NCBI GenBank assembly: GCA_963664825.1
Contig: OY761614.1
Coordinates: forward strand, 3,072,001 to 3,136,000
Direction: 5' to 3'
DNA: 64,000 nucleotides
Origin: an uncultured Holophaga sp.
Lineage (GTDB): Bacteria; Acidobacteriota; Holophagae; Holophagales; Holophagaceae
Below, piece by piece: positions 22,856 through 38,340 of the stretch; the stretch's first letter is position 1, and each line of letters opens with the position of its first letter. The position numbers and the translations under genes were made by a program. Below the pieces are notes generated by a model that was not told the DNA's origin, did not search any database, and saw nothing but the letters and a program-made list of their open reading frames with translations.

Positions 22856-25531
22856 CTAACCGGCGCTGGCTTTCGAAAGCACGGCGGTGATCACGGCGCG
22901 CAGTTCCTTGAGGGAGTAGGGTTTCTGGATGAAGCCCGCCAGGCCCTGGCCCAGGAAACCCTGGGCGGATTCCTGTTCGTTGTAGCCGCTGGAGAGGATC
23001 ACGGGCAGATCCGGGCGGATCTGTCGCAGGGCCTGGAAGGTTTCCCGGCCGTCCATGCGGGGCATGGTCAGGTCCAGGAGCACGAGGCGGATCTCACTGC
23101 TGTGTGCCCGGAAGATTTCCAGCCCCTCCACGCCATCCCGGGCAGAGAGGACGGTGAAACCCATGTGCCTCAGGGCCGCGGCTGCGGTCTCCAGGATGAC
23201 GGGTTCGTCATCAACCACCAGGACCAGCCCCTGGAGGAGGGTCTCCCGCTCCGGTTGGGGGCCCGCGTCCTGGGCAAGGGGCGTTTCGGAGGCGGGGAAG
23301 AAGAGCTGGAAGGTGGTCCCCCGCCCAGGTTCGCTGTAGATCTTGATGCCTGCGTGATGACCCCTCAGAATGCCGAGCATGGCCGAGAGTCCGAGGCCGC
23401 GGCCGACGGCCTTCGTGGAAAAAAAGGGATCGAAGATGCGGCCCTGGATCTCCGGGCTCATGCCACAGCCGCTATCGCTCACCTCCAGGAAGACATAGGG
23501 GCCCGGATTCAGGGTCTGGTTGGGGAAGGTGGAAGCGATGTAGGCCTCGTCGAGTCGCAGGAAGCCGGTGCGGATGCCAATGCTGCCATCGGTATCCCCG
23601 ATGGCATCGGAGGCATTGGTCACCAGGTTCATGACCACCTGCTGGATCTGGGCGGCGTCGGCCTCCAGGGCCGGGAGCATGGGCTCCAGTTCGTAGCGCA
23701 GGGTGATGCGCTTGGAGATGCTCACCTGCAGGAGATGGGTCATCCCCTGCACCAGATGGTTCAGGTCGTGAAGCTTGACCACGAAGCGCCCCTTGCCGGA
23801 ATAGGCCAGCATCTGCTTGGTCAGTTCCGAGGCCTTGAGGACGGTCTTCTCCATGTTCGCAAGGTAGGGCTGGGCCGGAGATTCGGGGCTGAGCTGCATC
23901 TGTGCCAGGTTGACATTGCCGAGGACGGCGGTGAGCAGGTTATTGAAGTCGTGGGCGATGCCTCCCGCCAGGACCCCCAGGCTCTCCAACTTCTGGGCCT
24001 GGAGCAGGGCTTCCTCTGCATTCTTCTTCTGGGTGATATCCCGGGAGAAACCCACCAGGCGGCACATCTTCCCGCCTGCATCCCGTAGGGGCACCAGGAG
24101 GGTTTGGAACCAGCGGGGCGGGCCCCCCATTGGATAGCTCTCTTCATAGGAGATGGAACGACCCTGACCCAGGCATCCCCGGTATCTGGTCGACAAGGTT
24201 TCCGCCAGATCGGGGGGAAGGATGTCCTCGAGGCGCCGACCCGCCAGGGCGGAGGCTGCGATGCCCAGGAGGGCCACTTGGGCCGGGTTCGCCGATTCCA
24301 GAATGAATCCGCCGTCCTTCTCCTGACGGACCCAAAAGACACTGTCGGGCGTGTTGAGGAAGAGTTCCTGGTAGCGCCGCTCGCTTTCCCGGATGCGGTC
24401 TTCGCTGCGTTTCCGCTTCGAGATATCCGTGATGAAGCCCTCCAGGGCTTCCAATTCTCCCGACGGGGAGAAGATGCCGCAGCCCTGCTCCCACACCCAT
24501 TTCACTTTCCCTGAGGCGGTGATGATGGGGTACTCCATCTGCACTGACTTGTGCATGGCGAGGCGGCTCTGCCAGGTCTTCCACACCCGTCCCCTGTGGG
24601 CGGGATCGATGAGCTCGGCGAAGGTGATGCGGCGATTCTTCAGGAGATCCTCTGGAACATAGCCCGTGAGCTCCAGGCAACCCTCGCTGACGAATTCCAT
24701 GGTCCAGTCCCGGTCGCTCCGACAGCGGTACGCCATGCCCGGCAGATTGCCCATGAGGGTGGAGAGCCGACGTTCGCTCTCCTGCAGTTCCTGCTCCGCC
24801 CGCTTCCGCTGGGTGATGTCCCTCACAACGGTGAAGCTGGTCTCCGAGGGGCCCGGCGCGATGCGGGCTTCGAAACAGTGGGATCCATCAGCCAGGGGCA
24901 GCTCGTATTCGAGGTATTGGAGTTCGCCGGTGGCAAAGGTCTTTTCCGTGGTCTGGGTGACACTCGTAGCCAGGACGGGAGGGAGGACTTCTTCCCACTT
25001 CTTACCCAGGAGGGCCTCCGGGGGCAGGAGGAGCTGGGCCGGATCCCCCGCATGGCAGGCCAGGTACGTTCCATCCCGGGCATTCTGGAAGAGAATATCG
25101 GGGATGGCTGATATCAGCGCCACGTGGCGGGCGTCGCTCGCCCGCATGGCCCGTTCCCTTTGTCGGCGCGCGGTGATGTCGTGGAAGAAGCTCAGGTAGC
25201 GCCCATCGGGGAGGCGCATGGACTTCATTTCGAGGGGCAAGCGCGAGCCGTCCCGGCGCAGGAATTCCCGTTCCCGGGAGATGACCTGGCCCTGGTCCAG
25301 CAGATCGAAGCGGGTGGGCTCGCGGGTCAGGACCTCGGAGGAGAAAATGTTGAGACCGGAGCGGCCGAGGAGTTCCTCCCGGGTGTAACCCGTGAATTCG
25401 CAGGCCCGGCTATTGGCCTCCAGAATCCGTCTATCAGGGCCCAACAGGAGGATTCCATCCGGGCAATATTCCAGGAGAAAATAATAGTCCTCAGGGGCCG
25501 GGCGAGCAGATTGGGGCTTCGATTCCGCCAT
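22856..25531 (-). CDS. multi-PAS hybrid sensor histidine kinase/response regulator
   Basis: Four PAS repeats, QKLESLGVLAGGIAHDFNNLL, HATPase, receiver (LVVDDE, LLDLTMP, KP); start MAESKPQ at 25531 (the track extension to 26182 is an off-frame artefact). Confidence 0.92.
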   Translation of the reverse strand: MAESKPQSARPAPEDYYFLLEYCPDGILLLGPDRRILEANSRACEFTGYTREELLGRSGLNIFSSEVLTREPTRFDLLDQGQVISREREFLRRDGSRLPLEMKSMRLPDGRYLSFFHDITARRQRERAMRASDARHVALISAIPDILFQNARDGTYLACHAGDPAQLLLPPEALLGKKWEEVLPPVLATSVTQTTEKTFATGELQYLEYELPLADGSHCFEARIAPGPSETSFTVVRDITQRKRAEQELQESERRLSTLMGNLPGMAYRCRSDRDWTMEFVSEGCLELTGYVPEDLLKNRRITFAELIDPAHRGRVWKTWQSRLAMHKSVQMEYPIITASGKVKWVWEQGCGIFSPSGELEALEGFITDISKRKRSEDRIRESERRYQELFLNTPDSVFWVRQEKDGGFILESANPAQVALLGIAASALAGRRLEDILPPDLAETLSTRYRGCLGQGRSISYEESYPMGGPPRWFQTLLVPLRDAGGKMCRLVGFSRDITQKKNAEEALLQAQKLESLGVLAGGIAHDFNNLLTAVLGNVNLAQMQLSPESPAQPYLANMEKTVLKASELTKQMLAYSGKGRFVVKLHDLNHLVQGMTHLLQVSISKRITLRYELEPMLPALEADAAQIQQVVMNLVTNASDAIGDTDGSIGIRTGFLRLDEAYIASTFPNQTLNPGPYVFLEVSDSGCGMSPEIQGRIFDPFFSTKAVGRGLGLSAMLGILRGHHAGIKIYSEPGRGTTFQLFFPASETPLAQDAGPQPERETLLQGLVLVVDDEPVILETAAAALRHMGFTVLSARDGVEGLEIFRAHSSEIRLVLLDLTMPRMDGRETFQALRQIRPDLPVILSSGYNEQESAQGFLGQGLAGFIQKPYSLKELRAVITAVLSKASAG

Positions 25532-25631
25532 GGATGGGACTCCGGGGAAAGAGAAAAGGCCTCTTGATAAATCCTTTCGGCTTTTCCCCGTCTGGAGAAT
25601 AGTCCTGAGTTTAAAATTTTTGACCGCCGAT

Positions 25632-26435
25632 TCAACCCTTGGGTACGACGATGACGCGAAGGCCGAGGCTATCCCCCACCCGGGATTCCGTGCGGAAAGG
25701 CATCCGGGCGGCGGAGCGGGCATCGGAAGCTCCGAAGGCCCATGAACCGCTGCGGATGACCCGCTGGGCCCCGTCCCCTCCCGCGGTCCAGGCATGACCA
25801 TCGGTTGGGGCGCCCTGGTAGGTGTCATGCCAGGTGTCCTCGCACCATTCCCAGACATTGCCGTGCATATCGAACAAGCCCCAGGCGTTGGCCTGTTTCT
25901 TCCCCACGGCCTGGGGGGCGCCGCCGGCGTTGGCATCGAACCAGGCCGCATCCCCCAGATGGGATTCGTCATCCCCGAAAGCGTTCCCGGCGCGGCAGGC
26001 ATATTCCCACTCGGCTTCGCTGGGCAGGCGGTATTCGTTGAGGCCCTGTTCCAGTTCATTGAGACGGGCCACGAAGGCCTTGGCCTCCGTCCAGTTGACG
26101 AATTCGACCGGGTGATCGTCCCCGGGGAACTTGGAGGGATTCCTGCCCATGGCCGCCTTCCATTGGGCCTGGGTGACTTCATGGATGCCCATGAAGAAGG
26201 GCTTGCCGATCGTCACCTTGTGGACGGGGCGTTCGGAGGCCTCCCCCTTGGGTTCCGGCGTGCCCATCTGGAAACTGCCCGCCGGGATGCGCGCGAAGCT
26301 CATGCCGAGGCTATTGACGAAGGCAGGCGCCCCGAGATCGGCTCTCGGGGCGGGCTTGCTCGGTGTCTGGGCCATTAGGATGGGGGCCATCAAGACCGGG
26401 GTCATGAGAGCGGGGAACATCCGATGGAAGCGCAT
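25632..26435 (-). CDS. FGE-sulfatase (SUMF1) domain secreted protein
   Basis: FQMG, HEVTQAQW, RLPSEAEWEYACRAG, GLFDMHGNVWEW, RSGSW. Confidence 0.9.
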   Translation of the reverse strand: MRFHRMFPALMTPVLMAPILMAQTPSKPAPRADLGAPAFVNSLGMSFARIPAGSFQMGTPEPKGEASERPVHKVTIGKPFFMGIHEVTQAQWKAAMGRNPSKFPGDDHPVEFVNWTEAKAFVARLNELEQGLNEYRLPSEAEWEYACRAGNAFGDDESHLGDAAWFDANAGGAPQAVGKKQANAWGLFDMHGNVWEWCEDTWHDTYQGAPTDGHAWTAGGDGAQRVIRSGSWAFGASDARSAARMPFRTESRVGDSLGLRVIVVPKG

Positions 26436-26576
26436 GGCTCCTCCTGAAGAAATACGGCCTGCAAGTGTGCATCAAGGATCCAGGTATGCAGAGGAGAGAA
26501 TCATGACTACACTACGATGAGTTATGGTTCTTCACCAGATTTCAAGTTCTTTCTCTTTTTTTCGATACAGGATTCA

Positions 26577-27533
26577 ATGGAGGTCCCCTTGCGACGCATT
26601 GCCCTTTGTCTGACCCTTGGCCTCGCTGGCCTTCAATCGGCGGTCCTGCCGCTCGCAGCCCAAATGGCCCCCCAGACCGACGGCTACGTTGCGGTGGGTT
26701 CTCTGAACATGGAATCCACCTTCCTGCTTTGGGTGGATGCCTACAAGGCCAAGCGCCCCTCCTTCCGGATCGAGCTGCAGCCTGCGGTGGCCTCGATCGT
26801 GGTGAAGAGCCTGCTGGAGGGCAAGGCCCATCTGGCGCCCATGAACCGTGAAATGAATGCCGAGGAAGTGGCTGCCTGCACGGCCAAATGGGGCTACGCC
26901 CCCACCCGCATCGCGGTGGCCATGGATGCCCTCGTGGTGATCGTCAATAAGAGCAACCCCCTCAAGGAGATCAAGATCGAGCAGCTGGACGCGATGTACA
27001 GCAGCACGCGCCTCCAGGGTTGGCCCAAGAATATCGCCACCTGGGGAGACCTGGGTATCAGCGGCGGAAATTGGGCCGCCCGTCCCATCCTGCGCCTCGG
27101 GCGCCCCGATGGCTCTGGCCTCAGGGCCTTCTTCCGGGAGTCCGTCGAAATGGGGGGCAAGGCCAAGGAGGACAATAAACGCGGCGTCGACGCTATGTCG
27201 ATGGTGGAGGAAATCATCTCCAACCAGGCCGCCATCGGCTATGGAGGGCTGGGGGAAGTGTTCGCCAGCACTCGGGCCGTTTCCATCATCCCCAAGGGCG
27301 GCAAGACGGCCGTAGAACCCACACCTGCCGCCGTGGTGGATGGCTCCTATCCCCTCTCGATGGTCCTCTACATCTATGTGAACAAGGCTCCCGGCAAGAA
27401 CCTGGACCCGGGTTTGGCGGATTTCCTGCGCTTCATCCTTTCCAAGGACGGCCAGAAACAGGTGAAGGCCAATGGGCTGGTGCCCCTGCCGGATGACCTC
27501 ATCGCCATGAATTTGCGGCGCATCGGGAAGTAG
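26577..27533 (+). CDS. PstS-like periplasmic substrate-binding protein
   Basis: Signal peptide; VAMDALVVIVNKSNP, TWGDLG, GSYPL..LYIYVNK, FILSKDGQKQV. Confidence 0.82.
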   Translation: MEVPLRRIALCLTLGLAGLQSAVLPLAAQMAPQTDGYVAVGSLNMESTFLLWVDAYKAKRPSFRIELQPAVASIVVKSLLEGKAHLAPMNREMNAEEVAACTAKWGYAPTRIAVAMDALVVIVNKSNPLKEIKIEQLDAMYSSTRLQGWPKNIATWGDLGISGGNWAARPILRLGRPDGSGLRAFFRESVEMGGKAKEDNKRGVDAMSMVEEIISNQAAIGYGGLGEVFASTRAVSIIPKGGKTAVEPTPAAVVDGSYPLSMVLYIYVNKAPGKNLDPGLADFLRFILSKDGQKQVKANGLVPLPDDLIAMNLRRIGK

Positions 27534-27541
27534 CCTCTTCC

Positions 27542-27598
27542 ATGCTTTTCGCCCCCGGATGCTTCTGGAAGCCCAGAGCATCGGGGGTGAATTTGCAT
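27542..27598 (+). terminator. long stem-loop downstream of the PstS-like gene
   Basis: TTCGCCCCCGGATGCTTCTGG-AAGC-CCAGAGCATCGGGGGTGAA; no strong U-tract. Confidence 0.45.
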
Positions 27599-27682
27599 AG
27601 GGCACGCTTCTCAGGCCGCGCCGGTGTGATCGACGGCGCCAATTTCCTGCCGCCGGAGGCCTGTAGCCGTTAGCCTAGGGGC

Positions 27683-28546
27683 ATGGCCTTGCGAAACTGG
27701 AAGTTTCTCGTGGAAGTCCCGGACGCGCCCCTGCGCCTGGATCAGCTCGTCTCCCAGCGGACGGGCCTCAGTCGCCGCGGGGCCCGAGAGGCGTTGAAGT
27801 TGGGCGGTGTCCAGGTGGATCATAAGCGCGTGCGGGTCGCCAGTCGCATGGTGCCCGTGGGCGCGGAGATCCGCGTGGCCGTGGACGATTCCCTGGGCCA
27901 GCCTCCCGAATTGGAACTGGCTGTCGTCTTCGAGGACGAATGGCTGCTGGTCATCAATAAGCCCGCGGGCATCCCCACCCAGGGCACCCAGGCTTCCGAC
28001 AAGCACGATCTGATGGCGCTCCTGGCCCGCCAGCGGCCCGACCAGAAGCTGATCCTCTGCCATCGCCTGGACCAGGGCACCAGCGGCGTATTGGTGCTGG
28101 CCAAGGCCAAGGCCGCCGATCTGGGACGGACCTTCCAGGAACGCAGCCTGCGGAAGCTCTACCTGGCGCGGGTTTCGAAGCCCATCGAGGCCTGTGAGGT
28201 GGACCGCCCCATTGGGCGCCTGCGTTTGGCGAGCCCGGCTCGCTTCGCTTGCGAAGGGGATCTGCTGGAGCCCAAGGCATCCCAGACCCGCTTCCGGCCC
28301 GCCACGGCCGAGGAATGCGAGGGCCTCGCGCCGGGTCACTGGGTGGTCTGCGAGCCCCGCACGGGCCGAACGCACCAGATCCGTGTCCATCTGGCCTTCC
28401 TCGGCGCCCCGGTGATGGGGGACGGCCTCTATGGGGGCGAGGCGGATAGCCAGCTCTGGCTCCACGCCTGGAAGCTCTTCTTGACGCACCCCGTCACGGG
28501 AGCCGCACTGGAACTGGTGGCGGATCCCGCGCGCTTCAGGGGTTGA
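27683..28546 (+). CDS. RluA-family pseudouridine synthase with S4 domain
   Basis: INKPAG, HRLDQGTSG, TGRTHQIRVH, LHA. Confidence 0.93.
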   Translation: MALRNWKFLVEVPDAPLRLDQLVSQRTGLSRRGAREALKLGGVQVDHKRVRVASRMVPVGAEIRVAVDDSLGQPPELELAVVFEDEWLLVINKPAGIPTQGTQASDKHDLMALLARQRPDQKLILCHRLDQGTSGVLVLAKAKAADLGRTFQERSLRKLYLARVSKPIEACEVDRPIGRLRLASPARFACEGDLLEPKASQTRFRPATAEECEGLAPGHWVVCEPRTGRTHQIRVHLAFLGAPVMGDGLYGGEADSQLWLHAWKLFLTHPVTGAALELVADPARFRG

Positions 28547-28604
28547 GCTCCTGCCGAGGAACCTCTGGGACTCCGCTGTCATGTGAAGTTCAAGGAGCTC
28601 TTAA

Positions 28605-30710
28605 ATGAAACATCTCGTTGTCCTGGGCCTGGCCCTGACCACGCTGGCGGCCCAGGGCCCCGATCCCGCCAAACCGCGGCCCGCAGAGAGTTTCCGGGCC
28701 CATCGGGTCCAGGGTTCGGTGTCTCCGGCCCTGGAAGGCATGCGCCTCTCTTTCACGAAGCAGGTGCAGGACGACGACGCCGATATCCGCGTGGACGTGG
28801 ATCGGGGCCGCTTCAGCGCGGTTCTCCCGCCGGGCGCCTATTCCGTGCGAGCCCTTGCGAAAGACCGCGCCTTTCCAGGAATCCCCCTGACCGTCCACAA
28901 GGACATGTCGGACGTCGCGCTGGAGTTCAGGCCCGATGTCTCCGCGGCCCCAGGCGAAGTCCAGGATTGGATCAGGAGCCACGCCATCCCCCTCCGTTCG
29001 GTGGTGGCGGGTAGCGGCTTCACGGATCTCCAGCCCCTCAAGGCGTTGGTGGGGAATGCCACGGTGGTGGGGCTTGGGGAAGCCACCCACGGCACGAAGG
29101 AATTCTTCCAGCTCAAACACCGCATGCTGGAATTCCTCGTGGAGGAGATGGGCTTTCGCGTATTCGCCATCGAGGCCAGCCTGCCCGAGGCCCACGCCGT
29201 GGACGAATACATTCGCACCGGCCAGGGCGACCCCGCCAAGACCCTCAAGGGCCTCTACTTCTGGACCTGGAACACGCGGGAAGTCCTCGACCAGATCCTG
29301 TGGATGCGGAAGTACAACGCTGACCCTGGGCACCCGAAGAAGCTGCGCTTCTACGGGGTGGACATGCAGGAACATCGGGTGGCCCTGGCCCAGGCCAAGG
29401 CCTGGCTGGAGAAGGAGGACTCGGAGGAGGCGCGTCAACTGGATGCGATCGGGAAGCGCATCGTCATGCGGATGGAGAAGGGCGAGAGCCGATCCTTCTC
29501 GAAGAGCCTCAGACAGGGGATCACAGTGGCGGCAGGCTTCAGCGTGCCCGTGAGCGCGGACTGGGAGGGCATCATCCGGGATCTCGAAGCGCTCGCGCTG
29601 CGTCTGGACGCGCGAAAAGCCATCCTGGCTGCGGGTGATCAGGCCCCCATCTTTGAACGACAGCGCCAGAACCTGCGGATACTGGCCCAGTGCGCGCGGA
29701 TGGAGGCCGACCCTCAGCATTCCTTCACTGTCCGGGACGAAGCCATGGCCGCCAATCTCTGTTGGATCCAGGCGCAGGAGCCGGGGGAGAAAATCGTCCT
29801 CTGGGCCCACAATGGCCATATCGGTGCCGACTCGCGGCTCCGCACCATGGGGTGGCACCTGCGCCAGGCATTGAAGGACGCCTATCTCCCCATCGGTTTT
29901 GCCTTTCGTGAAGGTGGCTTCCAGGCCCAGAACACCGATCCTATGCAGGCCGGCCTGAAAGTGTTCAACGTGACGCCTTCCGCGGAGGCCAGTCTGGATG
30001 CGGCCTTGGCTTCCTCGGGTCATCCCGTGATGGCCTTGGATCTGCGGAATCTGCCCACGGGGCCCGTGCGGGAATGGTTCGAGGCACCTCAAGGAGTGCT
30101 GGAGTGTGGTGCCGTGTTCCATGTGCCTGTCGACCCCCATATGTACGTTCCCAGGCTCTCCGTTGCCTCGCGCTTCGGGGCGCTCCTCTTCGTCAACCGC
30201 ACCACGACTGCGATGCCCGTGCCCGAGACGATTCCCACCCAGCCGCCCACCAACCTCGGGTTCGAGGAAGGCGACGTGGGCAAGGCGCCTCAAGGGTGGT
30301 CCTTGGGAGGTGGCCAGGGATTCGTGGCTCAGATCGTGAAGGAAGGCGCCAAGGAGGGGACGCGCTGCCTCCGTGTAGCCTTCCAGGGCGACCCCAAGGC
30401 CTTCATTCCCTACAGTGCGATGCAGCACCTGGACGCCAAGCCCTACCGGGGCAGGAGGCTCCGCATCACGGCCTGGATCCGCGCCGAGGGTGAAAAGAAC
30501 TTCCGCGCCAGCCTCAGTGTGCAGGTGAACCGTGACAGGGGGCGGGGTTTCCGCGACGACATACGCGGGCGCCAGAAGATCGGCAAGGCCTGGGCGCAGG
30601 CTACGACCGAATTCCTCGTAGCCGAGGATGCCACGGCGCTCACCGTTTCCTGCTTCGTCCTCGGGGCGGGCATGGCCTGGTTCGATGACATCCAGATCGA
30701 GGCGCTCTGA
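28605..30710 (+). CDS. secreted erythromycin-esterase-family protein with C-terminal CBM-like domain
   Basis: VGLGEATHGT, FAIEA, FYGVDMQ, RDEAMA, LWAHNGHI; C-terminal NLGFE...AWFDDIQI. Confidence 0.85.
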   Translation: MKHLVVLGLALTTLAAQGPDPAKPRPAESFRAHRVQGSVSPALEGMRLSFTKQVQDDDADIRVDVDRGRFSAVLPPGAYSVRALAKDRAFPGIPLTVHKDMSDVALEFRPDVSAAPGEVQDWIRSHAIPLRSVVAGSGFTDLQPLKALVGNATVVGLGEATHGTKEFFQLKHRMLEFLVEEMGFRVFAIEASLPEAHAVDEYIRTGQGDPAKTLKGLYFWTWNTREVLDQILWMRKYNADPGHPKKLRFYGVDMQEHRVALAQAKAWLEKEDSEEARQLDAIGKRIVMRMEKGESRSFSKSLRQGITVAAGFSVPVSADWEGIIRDLEALALRLDARKAILAAGDQAPIFERQRQNLRILAQCARMEADPQHSFTVRDEAMAANLCWIQAQEPGEKIVLWAHNGHIGADSRLRTMGWHLRQALKDAYLPIGFAFREGGFQAQNTDPMQAGLKVFNVTPSAEASLDAALASSGHPVMALDLRNLPTGPVREWFEAPQGVLECGAVFHVPVDPHMYVPRLSVASRFGALLFVNRTTTAMPVPETIPTQPPTNLGFEEGDVGKAPQGWSLGGGQGFVAQIVKEGAKEGTRCLRVAFQGDPKAFIPYSAMQHLDAKPYRGRRLRITAWIRAEGEKNFRASLSVQVNRDRGRGFRDDIRGRQKIGKAWAQATTEFLVAEDATALTVSCFVLGAGMAWFDDIQIEAL

Positions 30711-30735
30711 GCTGTCCTCCGCTTACACTGTTGGG

Positions 30736-31680
30736 ATGAAGCTCCCCCTCGTCTTCAATCCCAGATCCGGCGCCCGCGGCAAGGACCCCGAGGCCCTGAT
30801 GGCGCGCCTGCCGGTGGAACTGCGTGCTCGCCTCGAACCCACACCCCTGGGCCCTCCCTGGGACTACGCGCCACTGATCGAGCGGGCCGTGGCGGCAGGT
30901 GGTCCCCTGCTGGTCTGGGGCGGAGACGGCACGCTCCACTACGCGGGCCGGGCGCTGGTGGAGGCTGGATGTCCCGTGGCGCTGGCGGCCATTCCCGGGG
31001 GATCCGGCAACGGCCTCGCGCGGGGGCTCCGCACGCCCCTGAATCCGGCGGGGGCCGTGGCGAACCTCCTGACGGGTCGTGAACTCCAGATGGACCTCCC
31101 CCGCCTGGATGGCGTGCCCTTCTTCAATGTCTGCGGCACGGGCTTCGAGGCCGCCATCGCCCACGCCTTCGACGCCCCCCATGGGCGGGGCATCCTGAAT
31201 TATGTGAGGCTCTGCCTGGGGCTCTGGCGACATCATCCGGAGATGCAGGTCCGCTGGGACGCCCTTCGCCCCGAGACCCTGGCACCGGTGACGGCGATGG
31301 AGAAATTGCGCGCCGCCTGGCAGGGCGCCGAGCCGGCGCTACCGGAAGAGGCCTGGAGCCTCTGTTTCGCCAACCTTCCCCAGTACGGCAGCGGCCTCTG
31401 GATCGCGCCCAATGCCGATCCCACCGATGGCATCCTCCAGTGGGTGCACCTCAAACGCCCTAGGCTCCTCGAGCTTCTCGCCGAAGTCCCCCAGCTCTTC
31501 CGGGAGGGAGGCCGCACCCACCTCCGGCAGGAGGGCAGGGTGCTCCGTGCCATCGTGCATCTGGACCGGGCCATGCCTTGGCATCTGGACGGCGAACCCT
31601 CCCCGGCGCGGGACCGGGCCGAATTGACCATCGAGAAGGGCGCCTTCCGGATGCAGGTGACCTCGAACTGCCCCTGGTGA
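30736..31680 (+). CDS. diacylglycerol/lipid kinase family protein
   Basis: FNPRSG, WGGDGT, IPGGSGNGLAR, N..YGSG, HLDGE. Confidence 0.88.
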   Translation: MKLPLVFNPRSGARGKDPEALMARLPVELRARLEPTPLGPPWDYAPLIERAVAAGGPLLVWGGDGTLHYAGRALVEAGCPVALAAIPGGSGNGLARGLRTPLNPAGAVANLLTGRELQMDLPRLDGVPFFNVCGTGFEAAIAHAFDAPHGRGILNYVRLCLGLWRHHPEMQVRWDALRPETLAPVTAMEKLRAAWQGAEPALPEEAWSLCFANLPQYGSGLWIAPNADPTDGILQWVHLKRPRLLELLAEVPQLFREGGRTHLRQEGRVLRAIVHLDRAMPWHLDGEPSPARDRAELTIEKGAFRMQVTSNCPW

Positions 31681-31785
31681 GGTGAGGGCCTGTTTGCCTC
31701 GCCATGTCACGATTTGCCACAAAGCTGCCAGGCAGGACCACCCTGTGCAATACTATATTCAGCGTTTGCGCATGCCGAGGACCTC

Positions 31786-32343
31786 ATGGTTGCAGCTTCA
31801 GGGAAGCCCCCCAAAAAGGAGAAGGCAAAGCATCAAACTCCAGAACAACGTCTGGCGGCTATGAAGTATAACCATATGATGTATGGACCTACGGCCGGTG
31901 AATTGAGGCCAGTCTCGAAAAGAATAGATTTTGGTGCGGCTTACATTAAACATCCGAAATTTCAGAGTCTGATGACTGCGTTCAAAGGCGGCACCGAATT
32001 TCAGTTCAATGTAACCCACAAGGATAAGAGCTACACCGTATCCACGGATGGCGTCCACATTTTTTTCGATAACAAGGTTGTATATTATTCCAGGGCTCTG
32101 AATCGCTTCGAACGCAACCTGCTTTTGGATCGTACCGTCATGCTGCAATACCAGACCATGGACGCCTTCGTTCACCTGGCCTTCGCGGTACTGCGCGCTC
32201 TTCCAGAACTCGGAACCCCGCTCCTGAGCTATCGAAATAACGAATTCTACTTTGGCGCGGAAGGCCTGGACGTGGGGATCCCCGAACAGGGGCCCAACCT
32301 CATGATCGGCGCCTACAAGGTCCAGATGGGGAAAGCCAAATAG
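31786..32343 (+). CDS. hypothetical protein (lower GC)
   Basis: Open frame; GAGG RBS before ATG 31786; AT-richer codons than neighbours. Confidence 0.6.
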   Translation: MVAASGKPPKKEKAKHQTPEQRLAAMKYNHMMYGPTAGELRPVSKRIDFGAAYIKHPKFQSLMTAFKGGTEFQFNVTHKDKSYTVSTDGVHIFFDNKVVYYSRALNRFERNLLLDRTVMLQYQTMDAFVHLAFAVLRALPELGTPLLSYRNNEFYFGAEGLDVGIPEQGPNLMIGAYKVQMGKAK

Positions 32344-32359
32344 AAGCCTGATTTCCGGG

Positions 32360-32818
32360 TCACCAGCCCCGGGTCTGTCTCAGGGCCTCATAGAGCACCA
32401 CGGCGGCCGCCTGGGCCTGGTTGAGGCTGCGGTGGAAATCTCCGGGCATGGGGATCTTCACGAGCCGTTCGGGGTAGGCGGCCAATATCTCGGGGGGAAG
32501 GCCCTTGGTCTCCCGGCCCAGGACGATGCCATCCCCATCCTCGAAGGGGACCTGGGTGTGCCTGCGCTCGCCCTTGGTGGTGGTGAACCAGAGACGCTTG
32601 GCGGGGTTGCGGGCCAGGAAGTCCTCCCAGTCCTGGTAGTGGGTGGGCGCCAGCTTCTCCCAGTAGTCCAGGCCCGCCCGTCTCAGGTAGTAGTCCGAGG
32701 TATCGAAACCCAGCGGGTGGATCAGGTGCAGCTGGGAGCCGGTGCAGACGCAGAGCCTCCCGATGCTGCCGGTGTTCTGGGGGATCTCGGGTTGATGCAA
32801 GATGACGTGAAAGGGCAT
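32360..32818 (-). CDS. trmL: tRNA (cytidine/uridine-34 2'-O)-methyltransferase
   Basis: PEIPQNTGSIGR, RRAGLDYW, GRETKGLP, IPM..RSLN. Confidence 0.93.
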   Translation of the reverse strand: MPFHVILHQPEIPQNTGSIGRLCVCTGSQLHLIHPLGFDTSDYYLRRAGLDYWEKLAPTHYQDWEDFLARNPAKRLWFTTTKGERRHTQVPFEDGDGIVLGRETKGLPPEILAAYPERLVKIPMPGDFHRSLNQAQAAAVVLYEALRQTRGW

Positions 32819-32865
32819 GAGCCTTGTCTTTCCTGTGGAGCCTGATCCCATGAGGTCAAACGAGA

Positions 32866-38340
<5,475 letters not shown>

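Noticed and set aside
22856..26182. 1108-aa ORF suggesting a fusion across the FGE-sulfatase gene
   Set aside because: The first ~217 aa are an off-frame read of the FGE gene; the real kinase starts at 25531 with its own SD
26526..26543. GGTTCTTCACCAGATTTC resembles the ISL3 end
   Set aside because: Short match with no partner end or TSD; probably chance
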